A program made the position numbers and the translations under genes. A stretch of 64,000 nt of DNA from PVC group bacterium (GTDB taxonomy: Bacteria > Omnitrophota > Gorgyraeia > B26-G9), in NCBI GenBank assembly GCA_024231215.1, contig JAAEQR010000072.1, positions 385,210 to 449,209 on the forward strand. The letters run 5' to 3'. Positions 1-10,147 of this stretch are shown in pieces (position 1 is the stretch's first letter; every line of letters starts with the position of its first letter). A model generated the notes under the pieces. That model was not told the DNA's origin. It ran no database searches and saw only the letters and a list, made by a program, of their open reading frames with translations.

Positions 1-381
1 GAAAGAGGGAAGACTTCTGTGATTACGACAAAACAATTAGCAGATCTTGTGTTCGAAGCATATCCGTATCGTGACCGTTATGGCAGAATTCATCCGGCTA
101 CAAAAACATTTATGGCTTTAAGAATTGCTGTGAACCGTGAATTAGAAGTTATTCAGGCGGTGATCACCGATGCCATAGATATGCTTAATCCGGGAGGAAG
201 AGTTTGTGTTATTGCTTTTCATTCCTTAGAAGATAGGATTATTAAAAATCAGTTTAAAGATTTTGCTAAAAAAGGGATAGTAAAGATAATCACTAAAAAG
301 CCTCTTATCCCGACTCAGGAAGAAATTAAAAGTAATGCGCCGAGTCGTAGTGCTAAATTTCGTGTTGCGGAGAAATTATGA
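1..381 (+). CDS. rsmH: 16S rRNA m4C1402 methyltransferase RsmH, 5'-truncated by window edge
   Basis: HPATKTFMALRIAVNREL, FHSLEDRIIK and PSRSAKFR motifs; frame open from base 1; head of dcw cluster. Confidence 0.96.
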   Translation, partial: ERGKTSVITTKQLADLVFEAYPYRDRYGRIHPATKTFMALRIAVNRELEVIQAVITDAIDMLNPGGRVCVIAFHSLEDRIIKNQFKDFAKKGIVKIITKKPLIPTQEEIKSNAPSRSAKFRVAEKL

Positions 382-755
382 TGAGATTGAAAACAATTAT
401 ATTCTATGCAGTTATTACTACTACTATATGTATAGTATATGTGTCTCAACAGGTTAGCATTGTTACTTTGGGATACCAATTGAGGGTGAAAGAGAATAAA
501 TTATGTGAGCTAGTTGACCGTAATCGGGTTTTATTGTACAATAATACCAGTTTGAAAGCGCCGCAGTATCTGGCGGGAAGATTACGGGAAAACGATATTG
601 ACTTAAAGCTTCCTGATACCGGTTCTGTTGCGAAAATTCGAATTGTGCGTCATGATCGAACAGAGGTGGCCAAAGCTACGACAACAGGGTGGAGAACGCG
701 TTTATTCGATATTATTGTCCCCAAGGCGCAAGCAGCACTGGATAGTATAAGATAA
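378..755 (+). CDS. ftsL: FtsL-like cell division protein
   Basis: N-terminal TM helix then coiled-coil-like segment; canonical position between rsmH and ftsI. Confidence 0.6.
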   Translation: MMRLKTIIFYAVITTTICIVYVSQQVSIVTLGYQLRVKENKLCELVDRNRVLLYNNTSLKAPQYLAGRLRENDIDLKLPDTGSVAKIRIVRHDRTEVAKATTTGWRTRLFDIIVPKAQAALDSIR

Positions 756-810
756 GTTCATTTCTGATTTTGTTTCCGAACATTTCAAACATAAGGATTG
801 AGTTTCTGAC

Positions 811-2517
811 GTGTATAAAAAGGCGCAAAAAATCCGCCTATTGGTTGTTTTTTTTTCCTACCTAATTGTATTACTTGTTATCTTATTTCGGTTGTTCTGG
901 ATACAGGTTCTACATAATCGTAATTATATCAAATTAGCTGATTCTCAGCATAACTTGACCCTTACTCTTTATCCGCAAAGAGGTATGATTTATGATCGTA
1001 ATAAAAAGGTATTTGCTCTTAGTCTGAAAGTGTCTTCTGTCTATGCGGAACCCCGGATTATTGATAATAAACACAGAGTAGCTGGTCAGTTGGCCTCGGT
1101 GTTAAACTTAGACCAATCCAAGGTTTTAGAGAGAATAAATCGTGACAAGCTTTTTGTCTGGGTCAAAAGAAAGATTAGCGAAGAAGAGGCAGCCAAGGTA
1201 ACAGAATTAAAGCTTCCCGGAGTTGGACTATTAAAGGAAAATAAACGTTACTATCCAAATAATACGCTTGCCTCACATGTTTTGGGATTTGTCGGGATTG
1301 ATGATTATGGGTTAGAGGGTCTGGAGCGAGTATTTAATAAGTATCTAACTGGAGAGTTTGGGTGGCGTTCTTTGTTGAGAGATGCAAAAAAGAGAATGCT
1401 GCCAGCCTTTGAATATGAACTAGTGCCGGCTGTAGACGGATATAATGTCCAGTTAACTATAGATGAAGTTATTCAGCATATAGTAGAAGAGGAATTGGAA
1501 AATGCGTTTAAGAAGCATAAAGCAAGGGGTGCTTCTATTGTAGTCATGGATCCAAATACAGGCGAAATCTATGCTTTAGCTAATCGGCCTTGTTATGATC
1601 CGAATTTTTTCAGAGAATCAACACCTGAATGTCGCCGAAACAGGGCAGTTTGCGATTTTTTTGAGCCGGGATCGATATTCAAGGTTATTACCGCTTCTGC
1701 GGCTTTAGAGGAGAAAGTGGTATCATTAGAAGAAACATTTTTTTGTGAGAATGGAAAATATCGAATTGGCGGACATACGTTACATGACCATAAACCGCAT
1801 GGTAATCTTAGTTTTGTAGAAATTATAGAGAAGTCGAGTAATATTGGTGTAGCTAAGGTAGCTCATAAGCTAGGTGAAAAAGCATTATATAAGTATATCC
1901 AAAAATTTAAATTCGGGACACCAACTGGTGTTGAATTATCAGGAGAGAGTGGGGGAATGGTCCGCCCTGTTTCGAAATGGTCGAAATATTCGCTTGCTGC
2001 TATTCCAATGGGACATGAAATTGCAGTTACAGTTTTGCAGATGTCCAGGGCAATGTCAGCGATTGCTAATGGTGGTTACTTGGTTAGTCCCTATATTGTT
2101 AAAAGAATTATTGATAATAATGGTGAAGTAATACGGGAGTTTGGCCAGGAACAACCTGCAGAACAGATTATTTCTAAGCAGACCTCAGATGCCATGCGGC
2201 AGATATTAAAAAGGGTTGTGGTAAGCGGAACTGGGCGTCGCGCGGCAATCAAGGGGTATTCAGCAGGTGGAAAGACAGGGACAGCCCAAAAAATAGATCC
2301 TAATGGCGGCTATTCACATAGTAAATTTATGGCTTCGTTTATCGGGTTTGTTCCGGTAGAAAATCCGCGTTTTGTTATTGCTGTTGTTTTTGATGAACCC
2401 AGACCCTATTATTACGGAGGCTTGGTTTGTGGGCCGGTATTTAAGAATATTGCGGAAAAGATTTTAAAATATATGGAAGTACCTGAAATAATTGAAACTT
2501 CCGGAGAAGGAAAGTAG
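811..2517 (+). CDS. ftsI: Class B penicillin-binding protein FtsI/PBP3
   Basis: N-terminal TM, RGxIYDRN, RYYP, GLEGLE, EPGSIFK (SxxK), KSSN (SxN), KTGTAQ. Confidence 0.93.
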   Translation: MYKKAQKIRLLVVFFSYLIVLLVILFRLFWIQVLHNRNYIKLADSQHNLTLTLYPQRGMIYDRNKKVFALSLKVSSVYAEPRIIDNKHRVAGQLASVLNLDQSKVLERINRDKLFVWVKRKISEEEAAKVTELKLPGVGLLKENKRYYPNNTLASHVLGFVGIDDYGLEGLERVFNKYLTGEFGWRSLLRDAKKRMLPAFEYELVPAVDGYNVQLTIDEVIQHIVEEELENAFKKHKARGASIVVMDPNTGEIYALANRPCYDPNFFRESTPECRRNRAVCDFFEPGSIFKVITASAALEEKVVSLEETFFCENGKYRIGGHTLHDHKPHGNLSFVEIIEKSSNIGVAKVAHKLGEKALYKYIQKFKFGTPTGVELSGESGGMVRPVSKWSKYSLAAIPMGHEIAVTVLQMSRAMSAIANGGYLVSPYIVKRIIDNNGEVIREFGQEQPAEQIISKQTSDAMRQILKRVVVSGTGRRAAIKGYSAGGKTGTAQKIDPNGGYSHSKFMASFIGFVPVENPRFVIAVVFDEPRPYYYGGLVCGPVFKNIAEKILKYMEVPEIIETSGEGK

Positions 2518-2519
2518 TA

Positions 2520-3995
2520 ATGAAAGCTTCAGAGATTGTAAAATTATTTGATGCTCAAAAAAATGTAAATGTTTTTGATGACTTTCAAGTTAAAGGACTC
2601 AGTATTGATTCCAGACACATAAATGCGGATTATTGCTTTATTGCGCTGCGGGGAACTGATTCAGATGGACATGATTTTATCTCGCAAGCTGTGGCTAAGG
2701 GATCGCGAATGGTTATTTATGAACGCGGTTATAAGTTTTCTAACGAACAGATCAAGAATACTGTTTTTATCCCGGTGGCTGATTCGCGGCAGGCTTTAGG
2801 TGTTTTAGCGTCTGAATTTTTTGCTCATCCCTCTCGAGGGTTGAAAATAATCGGGATAACAGGGACTAATGGAAAGACAACTGTATCACTTTTAATCGAG
2901 AATATGTTGAAAAATAACGGATTTTATCCAGGAGTGCTGGGAACGATTCATTACAAAATAGGAGATTTGATTATTCCCGCAAAAAATACCACACCTGATA
3001 TACTAACTCTACAGTCTTTATTTGCTCAAATGATAAAGATAAACTCTACGCATGCGGTTATGGAAGTTTCTTCCCATGCTCTTGATCAGTCTAGAGTACA
3101 AGGATTGGAATTCCAGACTGCGGTATTTACTAATCTTACCCAGGATCATCTGGATTATCATAAAGATATGGAGCAGTATTTTAATGCTAAAAGTAAATTG
3201 TTTATAAATCTAAAACCGAATAGTTATGCGGTTATTAACACAGATGATCCATACGCAGTACGGTTAAAGAAACTGACACAGGCAAAGATTATTGATTATG
3301 GGATTAAGTCCCAGGAATCAGCTGTAAGAGCAGTAGATATTAGCTTAGCCGGGCAAGGCAGTAGTTTTAGTGTAATTACTCCTCAAGGGCAGGTGAGGAT
3401 AAAGACAAAATTGATTGGCAGGCATAATATATATAATTTACTAGCTTGTATCTGTGTTGGGTTGCAGGAGGGGATAAGTTTAGAGAAAATAAGTGCTTCA
3501 ATTGAAATAATGGATACTGTTCCGGGGCGTCTGGAAGTGATTAGTTTTCAGCAGCCATTTAAGGTGTTTGTTGATTACGCTCATACAGATGATGCCTTAA
3601 AGAATGTTCTGAAAACATTAAGAGAATTAGATCCGCGTAAAATTATTACAGTGTTTGGCTGCGGCGGAGATAGAGATAAAAAGAAACGTTTATTAATGGG
3701 AAAAGTGGCAAGTGAAATGGCGGATTTTTTGATTATTACTAATGATAATCCTCGGACTGAATCCCCGGATATGATTATTGAAGGGATAAAAGCCGGATTT
3801 AAGGGAGAGTTTAAGGATTATGAGGTGATCTTAGACAGAAAAGAAGCGATTAACAAGGCTTTATCGATAGCCCAGGCAGATGATTTTGTCCTAATTGCCG
3901 GGAAAGGACATGAGACATATCAGATTTTTAAAGATAAAACTATAGACTTTGATGATCGTATAATCGTAAAGGAAATCTTAGAAAACAATGTTTAA
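2520..3995 (+). CDS. murE: UDP-MurNAc-tripeptide synthetase MurE (meso-DAP type)
   Basis: GITGTNGKTT, MEVSSH, DYAHT, GCGGDRD, DNPR (DAP-specific), AGKGHE. Confidence 0.96.
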   Translation: MKASEIVKLFDAQKNVNVFDDFQVKGLSIDSRHINADYCFIALRGTDSDGHDFISQAVAKGSRMVIYERGYKFSNEQIKNTVFIPVADSRQALGVLASEFFAHPSRGLKIIGITGTNGKTTVSLLIENMLKNNGFYPGVLGTIHYKIGDLIIPAKNTTPDILTLQSLFAQMIKINSTHAVMEVSSHALDQSRVQGLEFQTAVFTNLTQDHLDYHKDMEQYFNAKSKLFINLKPNSYAVINTDDPYAVRLKKLTQAKIIDYGIKSQESAVRAVDISLAGQGSSFSVITPQGQVRIKTKLIGRHNIYNLLACICVGLQEGISLEKISASIEIMDTVPGRLEVISFQQPFKVFVDYAHTDDALKNVLKTLRELDPRKIITVFGCGGDRDKKKRLLMGKVASEMADFLIITNDNPRTESPDMIIEGIKAGFKGEFKDYEVILDRKEAINKALSIAQADDFVLIAGKGHETYQIFKDKTIDFDDRIIVKEILENNV

Positions 3996-5373
3996 GCTGC
4001 AAAAAATTATTAAAGCGATCCAAGGGAATTTCATCGGAGTGGAAATATCCGGGCTAATAAAAGGCGTTTCTATTGATTCCCGGAGGATATCTTCCGGAGA
4101 GCTATTTATTGCAATCAAAGGAGAGCGATTTGACGGTCATGATTTTGTGGACTCAGTATTAAGTTGTGATGCGGCCGGAGTTATAGTATCTGCAGATTGG
4201 TATTCTGCACATAAGTATGAATTGATGGGTGTCCACAAACCTGTTATTGTAGTGGATGATCCCGTTAAGGCCTTAGCTAACCTAGCGGTCTCTTATCGAA
4301 AACGGTTTAATATACCGGTTATCGGAGTAACCGGTTCCAACGGAAAGACCACAACAAAAGAGATGATTGCAGGCGTATTATCGGCAAGGTATAATGTTTT
4401 GAAAAGCAAGGGATCGTTTAATAATCATATTGGGGTGCCGTTGAGTATATTAAAGCTAAGTTCTGAACATCAGGCAGCGGTTTTTGAGCTGGGGATGAAT
4501 CATCCAGGTGAGATTCGTGTGCTTAGTGATATCATCTTGCCCAAGATTGCGGTAATTACAAACACTGCGGAAGCTCATATGGGTTTTTTTGATTCTTTAA
4601 GCGATATTAGCGCAGCAAAATGTGAATTGTTAGAGAACTTAAGAAATGATGATGTTGCTGTTATTAATGCCGATTGCGAAGAATTATATTCACAGGCAAA
4701 GAAATATAAATCAAAAATTATTAGTTTTGGGATAGAACGGACTGCACAATATCAAGCATCGGATATTGTGAGCAAAGATGACGGTATTGAATTTATAGTT
4801 AATAAAAAATATGAATTTTGTTTAAATCTACTAGGCAGACATAATGTATATAATGCCTTAGCGGCGATTGCAGTTGGGGATTATTTGGGTTTAGATATGC
4901 AAGTTATCGCAGAACAGTTGAAAAGTATTCAACCGGCGGATTTGCGAATGCAGAGGATCAGAATAAAAGATATTACTTTGCTGGCAGATTGTTATAATGC
5001 TAATCTTCGTTCAGTCGAGGCAGCGCTTAGTACGATTACTGATGTAGGGAAGCAAAAGCGCAAAATTATGGTTTTCGGGGATATGAAGGAACTTGGTAAG
5101 TTTAGTGTTGACCATCATCGCCGAATTGGACAACTGGTGGCGGAAGCGGATCTTGATGTATTGATTGCGGTGGGCAAAGAAGCTTCGTTTGCCGCTAAGA
5201 CGGCTATGCGTCATGGAATGAATAAGAATCATGTCTTTGAATGTGGTTCGGCTCAGGATGCATCTAAAATTCTTATCCCGCTTTTAGAGTCAGAAGACAT
5301 TGTATTATTAAAAGCTTCCAGGGTAATGCAGCTAGAAAAAATCATTGAAGATGTCAAAAGTGATCTAAATTAA
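3988..5373 (+). CDS. murF: UDP-MurNAc-pentapeptide synthetase MurF
   Basis: VTGSNGKTTTKE, NNHIGVP, ELGMNHPGEI, DCYNAN, GDMKELG, KASR. Confidence 0.96.
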   Translation: MFKLQKIIKAIQGNFIGVEISGLIKGVSIDSRRISSGELFIAIKGERFDGHDFVDSVLSCDAAGVIVSADWYSAHKYELMGVHKPVIVVDDPVKALANLAVSYRKRFNIPVIGVTGSNGKTTTKEMIAGVLSARYNVLKSKGSFNNHIGVPLSILKLSSEHQAAVFELGMNHPGEIRVLSDIILPKIAVITNTAEAHMGFFDSLSDISAAKCELLENLRNDDVAVINADCEELYSQAKKYKSKIISFGIERTAQYQASDIVSKDDGIEFIVNKKYEFCLNLLGRHNVYNALAAIAVGDYLGLDMQVIAEQLKSIQPADLRMQRIRIKDITLLADCYNANLRSVEAALSTITDVGKQKRKIMVFGDMKELGKFSVDHHRRIGQLVAEADLDVLIAVGKEASFAAKTAMRHGMNKNHVFECGSAQDASKILIPLLESEDIVLLKASRVMQLEKIIEDVKSDLN

Positions 5374-5416
5374 AATTTAAGATTATGGAAACGTTTTATA
5401 ACAAATAGGAGTTGTT

Positions 5417-6508
5417 ATGTTTTATCACTGGCTTTATCCGTTAAGAGAAATATTTTTTGGATTTAATGTTTTTAAATATATTACATTTAGAGCTGCCGGA
5501 GCTAGTGTTACGGCGTTTTTGATAAGTGCGCTTATCGGGAAATATGTAATCAGAATTTTAAAGACGTTAAACATTGGAGAAAGCGTGCGTAAGGGCAAAG
5601 CTTGTGCTTCTTTGTATGAACATCATAAGGAGAAAGAAGGGACTCCGACCATGGGTGGGGTTTTGATTTTATGTGCAATTTTTCTTTCTGTACTTCTATG
5701 GGCTGATCTTAGTAATAAGTATATTTGGATTACGATGGCAGCTGCATTATGGCTTGGCATTGTCGGGTTTATCGATGATTATATTAAATTAACCAGGAAA
5801 GATTCTCGTGGGTTGACGGCAGCGGTAAAACTTTGCGGCCAATTGGTGTTAGGGATCGTTATTGGATTTATTTTATATAATGATCCTAATGTGGGGGATC
5901 GTCTGGATATTCCTTTTTTTAAGAATTTAATTATTAACTTAGGATTTGTATATGTGTTTTTTACTGCATTTGTAATTGTCGGGACTTCTAATGCAGTGAA
6001 TCTCACCGATGGGTTAGATGGGCTGGCAATTGGCTGTGTATCGATTGTGGCTTTGACCTACGCTGGTTTTAGTTATGTTAGCGGACATTATAATTTTAGT
6101 GAATATTTGCATATTATGTATATACCTCAAGCTGGGGAGTTAACTGTGTTTTGTTCGGCCATATTTGGGGCTGGACTAGGGTTTCTTTGGTATAACTGTC
6201 ATCCTGCGGATGTGTTTATGGGCGATACCGGAGCATTGGCTTTGGGCGGAGCTATCGGTACGATTGCTTTATTGATAAAAAAAGAAGTATTATTGCTGTT
6301 AGTTGGCGGGATATTTGTGGTAGAGGCAATTTCGGTTATTATTCAGGTTGTGTCATTTAAATTAAGAGGGAAAAGAGTTTTTCTTATGGCTCCGCTGCAT
6401 CATCATTTTCAATTAAAAGGTTGGGCTGAATCAAAGATAATCTTTAGGTTTTGGATTATTGCGATCATCTTAGCGTTTATCAGTTTACTAACTCTGAAAT
6501 TAAGATAA
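5417..6508 (+). CDS. mraY: Phospho-MurNAc-pentapeptide transferase MraY
   Basis: GTPTMGG, NAVNLTDGLDGLA, FMGDTG, MAPLHHHF; multi-TM. Confidence 0.97.
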   Translation: MFYHWLYPLREIFFGFNVFKYITFRAAGASVTAFLISALIGKYVIRILKTLNIGESVRKGKACASLYEHHKEKEGTPTMGGVLILCAIFLSVLLWADLSNKYIWITMAAALWLGIVGFIDDYIKLTRKDSRGLTAAVKLCGQLVLGIVIGFILYNDPNVGDRLDIPFFKNLIINLGFVYVFFTAFVIVGTSNAVNLTDGLDGLAIGCVSIVALTYAGFSYVSGHYNFSEYLHIMYIPQAGELTVFCSAIFGAGLGFLWYNCHPADVFMGDTGALALGGAIGTIALLIKKEVLLLLVGGIFVVEAISVIIQVVSFKLRGKRVFLMAPLHHHFQLKGWAESKIIFRFWIIAIILAFISLLTLKLR

Positions 6509-7896
6509 TGGAAAATATATCAAATAAAAAAATTGGAATTGTCGGTCTTGGAATTTCCGGATTTGCCGCGGCTTTATTGGCAAAGAAAAAAAAGGCAGAT
6601 GTTTATATTTCCGAAGCAGGTAAAGGCAAGAAAGTACAAGATTATGCTGCAATACTGCGTAAAAAGGGGATTAAGGTTGAAATTGGCGGACATAGCGAAG
6701 CTTTTTTCCAAGGGGTAGATAGTATTATTACAAGTCCCGGAGTTAAAAATAAAGCAATGCCTTTAGTATGGGCTAAAAAGAACAATATTCCTATAGTTAG
6801 TGAAATAGAATTTGCCAGCTGGTTTTGTCCGTTGCCAATTATTGCGATAACCGGTTCCAACGGAAAAACAACAGTTACTACTCTTATCGGGAAGGTGCTT
6901 AAGGATTCCGGTAAGCGTGTTATTGTCTGTGGAAATATTGGCAATCCGTTTAGCGCAGAGGTCTCACGTTTTAAACAGGCAGATGTTGTTGTCTTGGAAG
7001 TGAGTTCGTTTCAGTTAGAATACATTCAATCATTTCGTCCTAAGGTAAGTATTATTCTCAATGTTACTCAGAATCATCTTGACCATCATAACTCAATGTC
7101 TGAGTATTTTAAAGCTAAGGCTCAAATTATAAAAAATCAGAAAAAGACGGATTTTACAATTTTAAATTCAGGAGATAGTAGAGTAAGAAAAATAGGCAAA
7201 CAGACAAAAGCTAAAGTGCTCTTTTTTGGCAAAAAGAAAAAAAACTCCGAGTGTGTAGTAAATTTTTTCGGACAATCATGGCTCCAGGGGCAGATAATAG
7301 TAAGTGAATTTAAAAAGAAAAAGTACAAATTTAATAGTGCTGAGTTAAAGATAAAGGGAACGCATAATTTGGAAAATGTAATGGTTGTTATCTTAGCTGC
7401 AAAAACACAAGGGGTTAAGAATAAAAGTATTACTGATAGTTTGCGGCAATTTGACGGATTAGAGCATCGTTGTGAACGGATAAAGAATATTCGGGGTGTT
7501 AATTTTATAAATGATTCTAAGTCTACCACAGTGGATGCTACCCGTAAGGCTCTTTCAATGTTTTCAAGGAAAGATGTGATTCTTATTTGCGGCGGTCGTG
7601 ATAAAGGCAGTAACTTTATTCCGATCAGGCAGTTGGTTGGTAAAAAAGTTTTTCGAGTGGTTCTTATCGGAGAAGCAGCTGATAAAATAAAAAAGGCCTG
7701 GGGAAATATTGTGCCGATGCAGGTAGCTCCGGATTTTACAAGTGCAGTAAAATCTGCTTATGAGCAGGCTAGAGACGGGGATAGTGTATTGCTTTCTCCA
7801 ATGTGTGCGAGTTTTGATATGTTTAAGAGTTTTGAGCATAGAGGCGATGTATTTAGAAAAGAAGTATTAAAAATAGATAGAAAATTAAAAAAGTGA
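6508..7896 (+). CDS. murD: UDP-MurNAc-L-Ala:D-Glu ligase MurD
   Basis: GLGISG, ITGSNGKTT, LEVSSFQL, NDSKST, SPMCASFD; start placed at ATG 6508 overlapping the mraY stop (TAATG). Confidence 0.95.
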   Translation: MENISNKKIGIVGLGISGFAAALLAKKKKADVYISEAGKGKKVQDYAAILRKKGIKVEIGGHSEAFFQGVDSIITSPGVKNKAMPLVWAKKNNIPIVSEIEFASWFCPLPIIAITGSNGKTTVTTLIGKVLKDSGKRVIVCGNIGNPFSAEVSRFKQADVVVLEVSSFQLEYIQSFRPKVSIILNVTQNHLDHHNSMSEYFKAKAQIIKNQKKTDFTILNSGDSRVRKIGKQTKAKVLFFGKKKKNSECVVNFFGQSWLQGQIIVSEFKKKKYKFNSAELKIKGTHNLENVMVVILAAKTQGVKNKSITDSLRQFDGLEHRCERIKNIRGVNFINDSKSTTVDATRKALSMFSRKDVILICGGRDKGSNFIPIRQLVGKKVFRVVLIGEAADKIKKAWGNIVPMQVAPDFTSAVKSAYEQARDGDSVLLSPMCASFDMFKSFEHRGDVFRKEVLKIDRKLKK

Positions 7897-7912
7897 ATGT
7901 TAGTTTTAAACC

Positions 7913-7940
7913 ACTAGATGCGAGATACGAGATGCTAAAT
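7913..7940. repeat. Degenerate 7-bp tandem repeat, 4 units (ACTAGAT GCGAGAT ACGAGAT GCTAAAT)
   Basis: Read directly from the murD-ftsW spacer. Confidence 0.6.
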
Positions 7941-7944
7941 AGTC

Positions 7945-9033
7945 ATGGATATAAAACAAACTAGAATAAGTGTTGCGGGCATATCTGTTGTTTTACTTTG
8001 CATTGGGATTGTGATGATTTACAGTGCAAGTGCGATCTATGCCTACGAAGTTTTAGAAGACAGCGCGTTTTATTTAAAACGACATCTTTTCTATGTACTG
8101 ATCGGATTGGTCTGTGCTGTAGGAGCAATGCTGATAGATTATGATAAACTGCGCAAGTGGTCGAAGCGGCTTTTGATCCTTTCTTTTTTCTTATTACTTT
8201 TACTATGGGTTCCTGGACTTGGTAAACAAGTAGGAGGAGCCAGGCGCTGGTTTAGAATTTGGATATTTAGTTTTCAGCCCTCAGAGTTAGCTAAATTCGC
8301 AATGATTGTATATACTGCGGACTTCCTTGCTCGAAAAAAATCATATATTCAGTCATTTGCACATGGGTTTTTACCTGCTTTAATCGTACTTTTATTAATG
8401 AGCGGGTTAATCCTGATCCAGCCTGATTTGGGTACAGTAATGGCAATGTCTATTATTTTCTTTATTATGTTTTTCATCGGTGGAGTTAAATTAACACATA
8501 TTACAGCGTTGATTTTAAGTTCTTTGCCTTGTCTCTATGTATTGATTTTCAGTGTGCCGTATCGGCGCAATCGGATCCTGGCTTTTTTAGATCCATGGAA
8601 GGATCCTCATGGGACGGGATTTCAAATAATTCAGTCTTTGGTTGCCTTAGGTTCAGGTGGTATTTCCGGGGTTGGATTAGGCCATGGCAAACAGAAGCTA
8701 TTATATCTGCCGGCAGCATATACGGACTTTATTTTTTCTATTATTGGGGAGGAAATGGGGTTTATTGGTACGGCGACGATTGTGTTTCTCTGTATTATGT
8801 TTCTTTTTTATGCTACTAAAATTAGCTTAAAAGCAAAAGATTCATTTGGTCAGTTTCTTTCTTTTGGCCTTCTTTCGGGTTTGATTATCGAAGCTATCAT
8901 TAATATGGCTGTGGTGACAAGTATATTCCCGACAAAAGGGTTGCCATTTCCATTTATAAGCTATGGGGGAACATCGTTAGTATTTAATATGATTTATGTT
9001 GGGTTAATCCTTAATATCGGAAGAAGTAGATAA
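7945..9033 (+). CDS. ftsW: SEDS peptidoglycan polymerase FtsW
   Basis: GARRW, FQPSELAK, QPDLGT, TDFIFSIIGEE, PFISYGG. Confidence 0.96.
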   Translation: MDIKQTRISVAGISVVLLCIGIVMIYSASAIYAYEVLEDSAFYLKRHLFYVLIGLVCAVGAMLIDYDKLRKWSKRLLILSFFLLLLLWVPGLGKQVGGARRWFRIWIFSFQPSELAKFAMIVYTADFLARKKSYIQSFAHGFLPALIVLLLMSGLILIQPDLGTVMAMSIIFFIMFFIGGVKLTHITALILSSLPCLYVLIFSVPYRRNRILAFLDPWKDPHGTGFQIIQSLVALGSGGISGVGLGHGKQKLLYLPAAYTDFIFSIIGEEMGFIGTATIVFLCIMFLFYATKISLKAKDSFGQFLSFGLLSGLIIEAIINMAVVTSIFPTKGLPFPFISYGGTSLVFNMIYVGLILNIGRSR

Positions 9034-10140
9034 ATGAAGATTTTAATATGTACTGCTGGTTCAGGAGGACATATCTATCCAGCTTTAAGTTTAGCTAAAT
9101 ACTTGAAGCATTCGTTGAAAACAGTTGAGTTTATTTTTTTATGTCCGCCTAAAGCTATTGCACGTAAGATATTTGATAAAGAAGAGTTCCGGGTAATTTA
9201 TTGTGATTTTAACCTCCAATTAACAAACAACCCGATTATTTTCCTCTTGAAGATTTCTGTATTTTTGGTAAAATCAATAGTAGAAGCCATTAAAATCTTT
9301 TTTTTACTTTTTAAAATCAAACCGGATGCAGTTGTTGCATTTGGTGGTAGAAGTTCTATCCCCGCAATTTTCGGAGCGCGGTTATTACGAATACCGACGT
9401 TAATTCATGAACAAAATGTAATCCCAGGTAAAGTAACTCGATTCCTTGCGCATATTTCAGATAAAGTAGCAGTTGGCTTTAAAGTAAGTCAGCGATATTT
9501 TAAGCGAAAAGATACGATTTTTACAGGCACGCCTGTCCGTGATGGATTGAAAAAAATTGAAAAACAAGAAGCCAGAAGGTCTTTGGGGTTAAGTGAATCG
9601 AAGTTTACTATTCTTGTGTTGGGTGGTAGCCAAGGAGCACATTTTATTAATCAGAATTTCCTGTTGGCGATAGAGAATTTATCGGATAAGGAAAAACAAA
9701 GCCTGCAAATTATTCATTTAAGTGGAGAAAAAGATAAACTAAAGGTAGAACAGGGATATTTAGCAGCAGATATTACCGCTCGGGTTTTTTCTTATCTTTT
9801 TGAAATTAGTCCGGCGTATTGTGCTTCGGATTTAGTAGTATCTCGGGCTGGTGCCGGAACTTTAAGTGAAGTAATATATTTTGCTAAGGCGGCAGTTTTA
9901 ATTCCGTATGCTTATGCGCATGCTCATCAGAAAGAGAATGCTAAGGTTATGGAAGATAAAGCTGCAGCATTTGTTTTGAATGAAGATGAAACTTGTGGGG
10001 AAAAGGTAAGAGAGATAATCGTTCAGGCGATAAAAGATCCTCAGACATTACAGAAAATAGCATTAGCTACTCAAAAACTAAATAGTGATCAGGCAACTGT
10101 GGTATTAGCAAAATTAGTAGAAGAATCCGTGAAAAGATAA
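9034..10140 (+). CDS. murG: Lipid II GlcNAc transferase MurG
   Basis: GSGGHIYP, HEQNVIPG, GGSQGA, SRAGA, HQKENA. Confidence 0.95.
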   Translation: MKILICTAGSGGHIYPALSLAKYLKHSLKTVEFIFLCPPKAIARKIFDKEEFRVIYCDFNLQLTNNPIIFLLKISVFLVKSIVEAIKIFFLLFKIKPDAVVAFGGRSSIPAIFGARLLRIPTLIHEQNVIPGKVTRFLAHISDKVAVGFKVSQRYFKRKDTIFTGTPVRDGLKKIEKQEARRSLGLSESKFTILVLGGSQGAHFINQNFLLAIENLSDKEKQSLQIIHLSGEKDKLKVEQGYLAADITARVFSYLFEISPAYCASDLVVSRAGAGTLSEVIYFAKAAVLIPYAYAHAHQKENAKVMEDKAAAFVLNEDETCGEKVREIIVQAIKDPQTLQKIALATQKLNSDQATVVLAKLVEESVKR

Positions 10141-10147
10141 AAGAAAG

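Noticed and set aside
5398-5418. Hairpin ATAACAA/TTGTTAT enclosing the mraY SD and overlapping its ATG
   Set aside because: Only 7 mostly A-U pairs; easily arises by chance in AT-rich DNA
4328-6867. Identical TAACCGGTTCCAACGGAAA in murF and murD
   Set aside because: Encodes the conserved Mur-ligase P-loop (TGSNGK); protein constraint is sufficient explanation
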